A stretch of 44,170 bases of DNA from Nemertoderma westbladi (taxonomy: Eukaryota > Animalia > Xenacoelomorpha): positions 1-44,170 of the forward strand of contig JAUCBJ010001909.1 in NCBI GenBank assembly GCA_032718475.1. Reading direction: 5' to 3'. Each line of letters opens with the position of its first letter. Positions within the stretch are counted from its first letter, which is position 1. Both the position numbers and the translations under genes were made by a program. Shown here one piece after another: positions 34,205 to 44,170 of this stretch. The notes beneath the pieces are model-generated. The model saw only the letters and a list, made by a program, of their open reading frames with translations. It was not told where the DNA came from and did not search any database.

Positions 34205-35303
34205 CTGAAATAGAAAATATAATAAATTTAGTGAATCAAAACGTATCTGAAGGTCCAATTATTCCGGGCAACAGTAGAGCCTGTACTGCTACGACACGAG
34301 ATCCCTTACCATAGTACATAGACCAGGGTGCTGCGCAGAACTTGGTACTAAATACAATGTTCCCTTAGTAAACGAGGCAGAGGAGTAAACGCACAATATC
34401 GAGTGATCGATAATTGACAAAACCCAGCACCTACCTGCAGACACTACTACGGATGATTTCCCTGGCACTGCCGACGTAGAACTGATCATTCTGTACGTGA
34501 TCTTGTTTTATATTAATTAATAATGTTTCAAATATGTTGAAAATAATTTTCAAATAATTTAAAATTTGGCTTTGCCATGAACTTTCTGAAGACAAGCAAT
34601 TCGACTTTCCGTCTGTCACATTTTTAATTAATTAATTATCGCCACGGGGGTCTATATAGATAACACAGATGAATTAGATATTTACTTTGTTGATGGTGAA
34701 CTATTAATAGCGGTTTTGCGTTGTGTGATAGGCCGATGATGAGGTCGAATAACATAAAACTGCGAAACAATATGTTGTATATATACCAAAGTGAAATCTA
34801 TTCAAGTAATCGCGGATCGAGGTGATGAAATGTTAATTCTAAGTGGCGATAAAGATGAAGAACACCACATTGACTGGGTAGATAAGGACGAGGTGGAGTT
34901 GGACCCAGGAAGTGGCACAATAGTCGGTCGTATACCTGGTGCACTTCCGGTGATCGGTGTCGGAACTCTTGTTTAGTCATTGTGTACAGCTGAATTAATT
35001 AAGTATTAACATTTAGTATTAATAACATAATTTTGCAAATTTACCTTTTTTTATTAACTATACTGGGTATTTTTTGTGACGTGACGTTCAAAGGGGGAGG
35101 GGGGGTTACAAAATTCGTGACAGAGTGTGACATAGGGTAGGGGGGGGGGGGGGGGGGGGGTCTAAAATCGTAAAAATAGGCGTATCATTTGTGTACAGCC
35201 CCATCCGCAACGCATACAAAGAGATTTGTTAGAGTGAAGAATCACTATAGATAAATGGTGAGCCAAGTGAGAGTGTTTAACATCACTGATGAGACTATTA
35301 TAC

Positions 35304-35502
35304 CTTATGGTGCGGGTCTGGGCCGGAGTAGCTGGCGCTGGGCATCTCGACGGCGTCCGAGGATTCCTTCTCCGCCAGGGTCGCCGTGGTGATGCGACGG
35401 GCCGCCTGTCTGGACGCGATCATCGCCGCCTTGTGGGACTCTTTAATCTCGTCGTCCGTCGGTTTCAGATGTTCGTATATAAAATCCAACGTTATCGTGC
35501 CG
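35304..35502 (-). CDS. THOC2: THOC2 coding exon 3
   Basis: GTITLDFIYEHLKPTDDEI...ARRIT resembles THOC2 LDDLYVHLLPAD; tttcAG acceptor phase 2, GTATAA donor phase 0. Confidence 0.88.
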
Positions 35503-35570
35503 CTGAAACAGTTGGAGGCGACGAAGAATAAATTAAAATATTTTAAATAAGGTCACGATAAGACGTTTTT

Positions 35571-36191
35571 CCCACTAGACACACTTCTGGTGGTCGTATG
35601 AGGACGATTTATGGCTTGTTAGAAGCGCAATCATTGATTTAGTCGGGGTAGGTGAGACTAAAACTCGAAAAAGTTTATATTTCTGAGGGGCATGCCATTT
35701 TTTCATGCCATTTTTTCATAATTTACACGATTTGCGATGTTATCGGTTTTTATTTGAGCTATGTGACTTATGTGACTGGATATTGACGTTGACGTTGATG
35801 TGACAGCCTACATTGTCCATTACAAACCGAGACTTTGTGTTCATCGCTATGCATTCTTTATCAAGTCGCAAAGCGCCACTAAAAACCTGCCGAAAATCTA
35901 CATTATGGCAACTTTTATTTACTTTCTTACACTTTTTAGTCTCTCCTCCCCCCACTGAATCGATTATTGCGCTTCGAATAAGCTATAAATCGTCCTCATG
36001 ATTTTTATTTGGGGATTTTGGGGTCATTATGAAACAGGATGATAAGGGCAACCAGATTTAAGGGTATCAACTTATCCCCAAAATTACAACGATATTGGAA
36101 GGCGATAGATAACCATACAGCTCTTTGGTGAACTAAAGCTAATTATTGGGCAGGAATACAGTACCGGTACTCCAGAAGTGTGTCTAGTGGG
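35571..36191. mobile_element. MITE with perfect 20-bp TIRs (CCCACTAGACACACTTCTGG), containing a nested foldback element at 35598-35999
   Basis: Outer TIRs 35571-35590 and 36172-36191; inner imperfect inverted repeats ATGAGGACGATTTAT... / ...ATAAATCGTCCTCAT extending about 80 bp. No clean TSD. Confidence 0.75.
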
Positions 36192-36537
36192 ATAACTAAG
36201 ATCGTATTATTTATTACCGGTACCATTAAAAATAATGGTAACAGTTCCGTAGCACTAAATTTGTACAGCATAAATCATTGTTACCATGGCAATATAACAG
36301 AGTTCTAGAACAAAATATAAATATTATACCGGTACACTATTCTAGAACATAAATAAAATAAAAAATACAATGTTCTAGAACATACGGAACTCTTGCCAAA
36401 ATAATTACTGATAATAAATAATTAATAAAAAACTGAATTTACAAGTTTTTGTTGCAAAATTGTCAAAAATTTATAGAAAATAAAAAATAGATTTCCATCG
36501 ATTATTGATTTTGGTCGAACAAATAATTATTACCTAC

Positions 36538-36835
36538 CGGTGTATCAATGTCGCCGTAACTTTATAGAGATTATCCGAGGCCTCAGTGGCGGCGCATTGG
36601 AACTTAAACCCGATTATTTGGTGGAGGGTCTCCGGGTCCCCGTTGATGTAGCCCTCCAGGATCGAGGCGAAGTATTCCCCGCGGTCGAGGTTGCACTCAA
36701 AGACCTCCAGGATGATGTCGATAACCCGGTTGGGGTCCAGACAGAAGCGCCCGATGAGGGCCTGGATGTGGCTGACGATGTGATGGAGGTTGAAACGGTC
36801 GTAGCGTTCCTGAGATAGTTCCACGATCAGTTTGG
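36538..36835 (-). CDS. THOC2: THOC2 coding exon 2
   Basis: AKLIVELSQ...IQALIGRFCLDPNRVIDIILEVFEC...IIGFKFQ; phase-1 acceptor completes EENEGY-A-KL. Confidence 0.94.
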
Positions 36836-37603
36836 CTAAAAGGATAATACATTATCGATTAGGCCTAGGCCTGGCGAATGGAACGAATGAAACCCTTGGA
36901 ACCACGCCGATAAGTTAAAATTTACACATTATACTGTTGCACCAGATACTTTCTGTTACCGGCCGGATCGGTAATCTGATAAAATGTTCTAGAATTTAGA
37001 GTTTATTTATTAAATATAATAAAATAGCCTCGCTCTGGTCAGGTGCAAAACTAAGTACCTTTCCAATGCTCAATTCTCAGCTATTTTACGACGAAATCCA
37101 TATTGTGTTACATATTTGGAATGTATCGTAAATGGCATTTAGAGGGTATATAAACCGTCACAGTGCCTCTTATTCAAACCAAAACAATAAACGTATCAGT
37201 ACCGGTATTGTATGATTCAATTTCGTAATTAAGGTAAATGGAGCAGGATACAGTGATAGGCGAGACCTAAGCTAAACGAAACTGGATTTCGCGATTAAGG
37301 GAAATGAACAGGTTACAGTGGGCGGTGTTTCATAACCAAAACAATACAGTAAATATAGATTTCGTAATAAGGGAAAGGAACCCTATATTTTCTAACTAAA
37401 GTCGATTCGGACCTATATAACAATAACGTCCGAAATTCCGCTAAATTTTTTAGATTATGACATTTTAGATTGTGAGTCAGTCTAGTAATTTATAAGCTTA
37501 CGTGGGATAAACATTACTGTTAATTTACCACTAGGCAGTATAGGCACTCATTCATTTATGGCTGTACTATTAGTATACGCATACGGTATAGTCGGTACCG
37601 GTA

Positions 37604-38118
37604 CCCGTGTAACAGAGAATTTTCACTCCCCATACAAAATCACCCCCCCCCCCCCGGTTATAATTCCCTAGTTATTCTCACTCCCGGGGTGTATTTTCCC
37701 TAGTGTATTTTAACCCCCTCGCCCTTAGGGGAATACTCACCACCCCTACCGGTAGCTACATTTATCAATTTTCCCTCTACAGCTCTACCCAAAATATTGG
37801 AATTTAAAATATCATGGGGGTAAGAAAACACTGGAGGGGGGTTAAATTTAAGAATACGCTGAGGGGGGTTAAATTTAAGAATACACTCAGGGGGGTTAAA
37901 TTTCACAAAAAAATCACCCAGAGTAGTTTCACCGCCGGTTAAAATACACTAGGCCTACAGGCCTAGTGAATTCTAGCCGGGGGGTGAAAATACACTAGTG
38001 CTGTAGTGAATTCTAGCCGGGGGGTGAAAATACACTAGTGCTGTAGTGAATTCTAGCCGGGGGGTGAAAATACACAAGTGAATTTTAACCGGGGGGTGGA
38101 AATTCTCTGCTACACCGG
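37604..38118. mobile_element. MITE with imperfect TIRs and an internal 40-bp tandem repeat (37964 to about 38097)
   Basis: CCCGTGTAACAGAGAATTTTCAC ... GTGGAAATTCTCTGCTACACCGG; internal TAGTGAATTCTAGCCGGGGGGTGAAAATACACTAGTGCTG x3. Confidence 0.7.
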
Positions 38119-38254
38119 GAAATTATCCAGTACCGTGATACAGTGCTAGAGTGTCCTGCTATGTGTGTGAGGTATCGGCATATTGAATAGTTAGGCCATA
38201 TATAACATATATATATAAAATATACATAAAATAAACATAACGAAGAAAACTTAC

Positions 38255-38762
38255 CATAACCTTCGTTCTCTTCCCTCAAAAGGTTAAATTTCTGTTGTCT
38301 ATAAAACAGTTTAGTTTTCAACTTGACATATTTCTGACTGTAGGTCTGCTGACTACGAATCAAACCTACTGATTCTAAAGTTTCCATATCTAGTCTCTCC
38401 TTGAGAAACGCCTCTGGTAGACAATGAAGACTCAGTCTCACCAGGTCTAGCAGCGCATCCCGACGAGACTTATTTTGACTCGCCATAGACAACGTCTCAA
38501 TGTCTACAATTGATATAACATCAACAATTAGTGATGCGAGTTCTGTTTTCAATTGCCCGACTTCACCTAATGCTTTAACAACGCTATCTATGTTAACAGA
38601 TCCTTCTAGAGCAAGGAATACTAAATCAAAGACGGCTCTTTTTAGTGATTTCTTTGTAATCGAAGTGAGTACCATGTCTGTATCTTCATTCTCAAGTTTG
38701 CGACAATAGCGAACAAAATCAGACCGCCCTCCATGGTCCCAAAGTTTCGCAATATCAGTCAT
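38255..38762 (-). CDS. THOC2: THOC2 coding exon 1 (ATG at 38762-38760)
   Basis: MTDIAKLWDHGGRSDF...LKERLDMETLESVGLI...KTKLFYRQQKFNLLREENEGY is the THOC2 N-terminal signature; GTAAGT donor. The ten exons sum to 3999 nt, which is in frame. Confidence 0.93.
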
Positions 38763-39001
38763 TGTGGTTTTTACCTGTCCTCCCACTTTACCTTCTTCTT
38801 GTTGAGTCTTTTATGTTGTCGTCTATATGCACACATACCCTGAGAGCTGAAACAGATACAGAGATACCGGTATTACGGTCTGGTGATTAGATATGAAATG
38901 ATATTGCAGTTTGACAGTTTCAGGTCAGCAGGTTGTATTGTAAAGTCTACTCGCTACTGAGCTAACGTCTGACCGTACAGCCGTACCCGTACCAGGCTGC
39001 A

Positions 39002-39406
39002 GGCAGTAGGGAACATCAACATACCCTTAAATAAGCTCCAAAAGTGGGTTCTTATTTAAGGAAAATGGCTCTTATTTAGGGGTTTTTGGGCCTTTTTTGG
39101 AGGTTTTTTCGATATAATATGCAATAACTTGTTTCAGGAAAAAATACCGCATAATTTTATTTCACAATGTAAAAGTTTGGTCTTTCTTGAACATAATGCA
39201 AAAAAACAGAAAACATTTCACCGTCCGGTTTTTTTTCTACAAGCATTTTAAAATTACATCAAAAATACGACCAGTTCCTAAATAAGGGGGATTTTTTAAA
39301 TTTACCTTATTTAAGACATAGAAATTGATACCGGTACTAAAAGTCCCTAAATAAGAAATTTTTGACCTGGGTTTCTTATTTAGGAATTTGAACACTCCTT
39401 ACTGCC
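39002..39406. mobile_element. Probable MITE upstream of THOC2 with repeated CTTATTTA(A/G)G motifs
   Basis: GGCAGTAGGGA...TCAA / TTGA...TCCTTACTGCC imperfect TIRs; CTTATTTAAG / CCTAAATAAG motif repeated in both orientations. Confidence 0.45.
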
Positions 39407-40097
39407 TTAAATTAATTAAATATTCCTTATTCCTTTATCCTTACAGTAGGCAGTCAGACAGTACACCAGTAGGTGTTACACTTCTTTCATAATTATTTCA
39501 TTTGTCACTCTATATAATGCTAATCCAATTAAGCTCCCTTATCTTGCAATATCCTGTCCAGGTTGCAGGTTAGGCAGTTACGAGGTCATAACTGTCATAA
39601 GCAGATAAGGGCTGAAGGAGTAATGGGCTGGGAGACCAGACAATTATAAGCAGATAAGATACATTTATATAAGGAATATTTAATTTAATTTATTTCATAT
39701 ATGACTGTATGAGGAATATTTAATTTATTGAAGGAGTTTGTAGATTTTGGAATGAAATTCAGTCAAGTGAAATGCCCCGATCAGGAAATATGGTAAAATG
39801 GCCCGATCGGGCAAGTATCCTTTCCCGATCGAGAAAGTTTGAGCATTTTTACACTTGCAGACTTGCGCATTCAGTAACTATTTTGCGCAGCTTTACACGA
39901 CATCTAGCAGAACGATCAGGATTTACTTTATTGTATTATTTTACTTTGATGAAAAATAATTGTTCAGCTGGCAATTACAATATTTCCCGATCAGGCAATT
40001 TTGAAATAGTTAACTTTCCCAATCCAGCAATCTCAGTAAGTTAAGTACCTACGGCCGTACGGTAGGTACTTCAAACCGGTACTGAATTTTAGTAGAT

Positions 40098-41024
40098 ATG
40101 GAGGATATGGATTCGTTGGAGGCTATTGTTGGAGTCGGAGAAAGTCACGAGGAGGGTAATTCCCGAGCATTAACATTAACATTAACAGGGGCAATTGTCG
40201 AAATTCTAAATGTTGTATCGGAATCAATAGTACCGGAACCACCTTGCGAAATTGATACTGACAACGATGAAGTTCTAATTCCGGCTTGTAAGTTACACAC
40301 CATACAAAAACTATCCGACGCGGAAGTACGGGAGATTGGGGATAAAAAGGAGAAAGAACATTTGTCCAAATTGAGATGTAGAGTAAATCAAGAACGATCT
40401 ACATGTAAAGAAAATAGAATTGGCTCTAAATCCAGTAATATTGGTCAATCGGAGCATCATCATGTTGGCAAAATGCCAATGGGAAAATTTGAAAATCAAC
40501 AGCTCCATCAGTTCGTGTCAAAATTTAAATCTGTGGAGGAGAAGCGAATAGAACGGTTTACTGCACTTTCTCCCGTGGGCGATGGGATGATAACGGTTTT
40601 AGTGAGACAGAACCGTAAGAACTCGAATGAAAGTACACTGGAAGTACTAGGCGGTAAGGGGAGCAACAAAGATTGCCAAAAGTTGCAAGAAATAGTCAAA
40701 TCACTCGAGAATGGCACCATACTGGTAACTTCCCCTGACACATCAACCGGATCAAGCAGCAGCAGTGGCGGTACACCAGAATTACAACATCTTGATAATC
40801 TTTCCCTGGAAAAGGAAGTAGTAGAAATGCCTCAACGAGAGTTAGTGACGGATCGTAAATGCGCAACGTGTGGTGTAATTTATGATAGCCCAGAGGACAA
40901 GCGCTTCAATTCGGTTTGGATTGGTTGCCAAAGATGCGAATACTGGTTGCATGAGAAATGCACCGGGTGGTTTGGGTTAACCCCAGCTGTTAGCTTATCC
41001 AATTCCGCTAACACAAACCCATAG
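40098..41024 (+). pseudogene. 308-aa ORF ending in an incomplete PHD-type zinc finger; probably a transposase C-terminal remnant or a terminal exon
   Basis: CATC...WIGCQRCEYWLHEKC (40860-40961) is C4-H-C of a PHD finger; the final CxxC is missing. No catalytic DDE core recognised. Confidence 0.5.
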
Positions 41025-41221
41025 AGTGAGCCATAAAGCAATATTGGGAGCACGAGGTTGATTACCAATCAACCTCGTGTCAGCCCAGTAAACGGGGACA
41101 ATAGGCCCCAAAGGAGACACAAACAATAAGGGTCAGGGGCCAAACCCCTAACAGAGAGAGAACAACAGGGGCAACGGGAAACACACCAGGGAAGGTGAAA
41201 GGGCGAGAAGTGGGATATTAG

Positions 41222-41308
41222 CCAATGGGGGGACAGCATCGACTAGGTACAGTAATATGGCCAACTGTGCAGTACATATATTACCTGTTGGTGCTTCCCT
41301 ATTCAGTT
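41222..41308 (+). promoter_or_regulatory. LTR promoter: CCAAT (41222), TATA-like CATATATT (about 41275-41282), initiator TCAGTT with +1 at A41305
   Basis: Canonical spacing of about -83, -28 and +1. Confidence 0.6.
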
Positions 41309-41615
41309 TAGTTTACTCAGTCAGATCAGTAGGGTGGAACGGGGACTTCTGTCACCGTCCGCTACCGCCATCATACTTATCTACCGGTAACCGTGTCATC
41401 CATTTCAACTGTGCTATATCAGACTATTATACCTTTATACATATTACCGAACATCAGAACTCTTTTACCTTTCACACACGGCGGGGACGCGTAGATAGAA
41501 AACCCAACGGATAAACCGGGATCCGTAGATCCCGTCACAGTGACAGAAGTCCCCGTTCCACCCTACTGATCTGACTGAGTAAACTAAACTTTCATCAAAA
41601 GATTCATCAATCTCA

Positions 41616-44170
41616 TTGAATCAAAATAATAACCCAAATTCGAACCTACAAAATAATTTAAATAACGCGATTACGCAAAATAATCCAAATAATTTAAATA
41701 ATGATCCAAGCCCGAATTTACAAAATAACTCAGATAGCGTAGTCGCGCAGAATAATACAAATGGTTTCGTTCCAAGCGAGCAAATCAATTCTGTTTCCAA
41801 TATGGGTGCTATTAACGTAAACACGTCGGACGTGTATAGCCAGGCAGATGAGGGCCTGGTAGGCCACGTAGTTGGTAGGCAGGGAGCAGAGGGCCTGGTA
41901 GGCCATGTAGTTGGTAGGCAGGGAGCAGAGGGCCTGGTAGGCCACGTAGTTGGTAGGCAGGGAGTAGAGGGCCTGGAAGGCCACGCAATAGCAGGAGGAG
42001 AAGCGGGGGTGAATAGACCCGACCGCGGTAGGGTTGATGTGTCGACTAGAGAGGTATATAGTAGCGGGGTGAGAGGTAGCGAAGTAAAATGTAGCGAGTG
42101 GGGGGGGGGGGGGGGGGGGGGGGGCTACAAGGGCCCCACAACGGAAAGTTAGCGGCGAGTGGGGGGGGGGGGCTACGAGGGCCCCACAACAGAGAGTTAG
42201 CGGCGAGAGGGGGGGGCAGAGAGGGTCCCACAGCCGTCAGCGGACAATGCGCGGGCCGAAATAGGTAAACCGCAACAACCGGCGACGGAAAGTAATAGGG
42301 GGATTGCGGATATCCCCAGCGGCGTGCGACCGAGCAGAGAGAGACGGGTTGACGTCGCGAGAGGGCGGACGAAGCGTCGAGCCCGATCAGAGGAAGGAAG
42401 AAGAACAGTGGGGTTTAACCGGGAGGTCGACGAGAGATCTCACGAGCGGGAATATTCCACTGATAGGAGAAGAAAGGAAGACAGTAGTAGAAGTATCGCC
42501 GCGAACGATAGAAGAGCAAGGACGGATAGCGAGCCGTCGATAGTCGAGATGAGAACGGAGAGTCAGTGGGGTCGGACTCCGGGAGATTGCCGTCGCCCCG
42601 GAGAGATGCGACCCGGCGAGGCGCACTACGCACAGAGAGAGGGGTACGCGATGTACCGGTACGAAGATGAGAACAGTAGAGAGGGAGGTCAAAGAGAAAC
42701 TTTCCGACGGAATATACCTACCGATCGAGAACACGGTAGCCGCGGGGAGGATTATTCGAGAAGAATAAACTTCGATCCCGAACAACACATGCAGACTGTA
42801 GGACATACTGTAGGCCTTACTGCACATACCGTAGGCCATACTGAGAGAGGCAATGTAGGCGATAGGATAGCGTGGACAACGGGATTAAACCCGGAAGTCG
42901 CGGAATACATACCGGCGGGTAGGCCAGAAGCTGATAGGCCTATACCGGTACCAGCACAGCAGTATGACTACAGCATGCAGGGACATAACATATACCCAGG
43001 GGAGGGGGGAATTATTGCGGATAGGTGCATGGGCCCCAACATATTAACATCAACCCCAGTACCAAACATACCGGTGGGGGGGGGGGACAGGGTGACATTC
43101 CCCCATCACAATATCAACAATATACCCCGATAGGAGCAAGAACAACGAGACCCTTGGATGAGAATAAGTCGTGTGACACAGAAATATGGAGGGGGCCGCT
43201 ACCCCCGATGACATACCCAAGTCAGAGAAGATCGAGAAATAGGACGGACGAACCGCACCAGACAGGGGAAACTATACAGCACCCGTCGAATCCATTGGAA
43301 GCGCAGGCGATGGGGATGGCCACGTTGATCGATGCGTTGAAAACGAGGATCGAGCTACCACCAGTGGAACCATTCAAATTCGATGGAAGTAGGCCGGAAG
43401 AATATCTACAGTTTCGGCGCATGTATAGTAACGAAATACTAACAAAAAACTTGACGCAGGCGGAGTGCCTAAAGTATCTACAAGTGTACACGGGAGGCCC
43501 AGCATACGACATCGTGAGGCAATATCAAGGAATAGAGGGCGGCTTCACGACAGCATGGCGGGCACTGGATAGGGAATACGGGCACCCGGCCAAGATCATC
43601 AGGCAGACGCTGAGGGGCATAACATCGGGTGGCCTGCAGGATAATCCCGTTAGCATTAAGACGTTCGCTAACAAAGTCGAAAAGGCGCTAATCGTGCTGA
43701 AGACGCTAGACGCGCCGTACGAGCTCAATGCGTCCAACAACATCACCACGATAGCGCAGGCACTACCAAACTGGCTGCGCAACAAGTGGAGAATAATCGC
43801 CTTCTCTACTCGAGATAAGAAGGGTGCGGAACCGGGTTTGGAAGAAATGTCAAACTTCTTAAACTACGAGGCTGAACTAATAACTGACCCAGTCTATAGC
43901 GAAGACAGCCTGGGAAAGGGACCGAAGACAGACTACCATAGACCGAAACCAGAGCACAACACATCGAACGCATTACCGAAACTTAGGCAATCATTGCCAT
44001 ATGCAGCGACGCAGGGGACTGCAAGTCCACAGCTAGCCGAGAATAAGACAACATCATGGAACGGACAGGGAAATAATAATAACACGAATAAACATAACCC
44101 CAGTACGTCCAATCGGCAAAACCCAAACAATAAGAATAGTAGGGACTTTGGCACGAACGCAACTGCGATA
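41616..44170 (+). CDS. BEL/Pao gag of the second element, frameshifted at three G homopolymers, incomplete at the window end
   Basis: The open frame from about 43085 to the end reads ELPPVEPFKFDGSRPEEYLQFRRMY...LKYLQVYTGGPA...AWRALDREYG...LPNWLRNKW...DPVYS (DUF1759-like gag). Upstream ORFs 41616-42152 and 42324-43133 join it across G runs. Includes a 39-bp repeat (EGLVGHVVGRQGA x3.5, about 41850-41985). Confidence 0.8.

Larger units (their letters stand above)
41078..44170 (+). mobile_element. 5' part of a second, distinct BEL/Pao LTR retrotransposon (runs off the window; LTR limits approximate)
   Basis: Candidate LTR TGTCA (41078)...TGACA (41545) or ...TCACA (41539) with a Pol II promoter, followed by a BEL-type gag. 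The 3' LTR and TSD are outside the window. Confidence 0.75.

Noticed and set aside
34289-34980. Short ORFs in THOC2 intron 3 as an extra exon or nested gene
   Set aside because: Exons 3 and 4 join directly and collinearly with known THOC2, and the peptides have no recognisable homology.
38763-38786. GTG start given by the ORF track for THOC2 exon 1
   Set aside because: Eukaryotic gene; the ATG at 38762 aligns with the expected THOC2 N-terminus.

Overview
This is AT-rich animal (eukaryotic) genomic DNA; I cannot identify the species from the sequence. The window holds a complete 10-coding-exon THOC2 (THO complex subunit 2) gene on the minus strand (ATG about 38762, stop 6564, about 1332-1336 aa, all junctions GT-AG and phase-compatible). 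Its last intron contains a young, intact 14.4-kb BEL/Pao LTR retrotransposon (9529-23961) with a CCATG target-site duplication, near-identical 1.74-kb LTRs and a 2798-aa gag-pol ORF. The same intron carries a non-autonomous hAT element. Upstream of the gene lie a PHD-finger ORF and the 5' part of a second BEL/Pao element that runs off the window. Several minisatellites and MITEs fill the introns and flanks. The most notable observation is that neither BEL/Pao element has a tRNA-type (TGG) primer-binding site. In both, the sequence at the PBS position is complementary to the element's own LTR. In the second element this is a perfect 51-bp match ending exactly at the predicted transcription start, suggesting Tf1-like self-primed reverse transcription in BEL/Pao elements.
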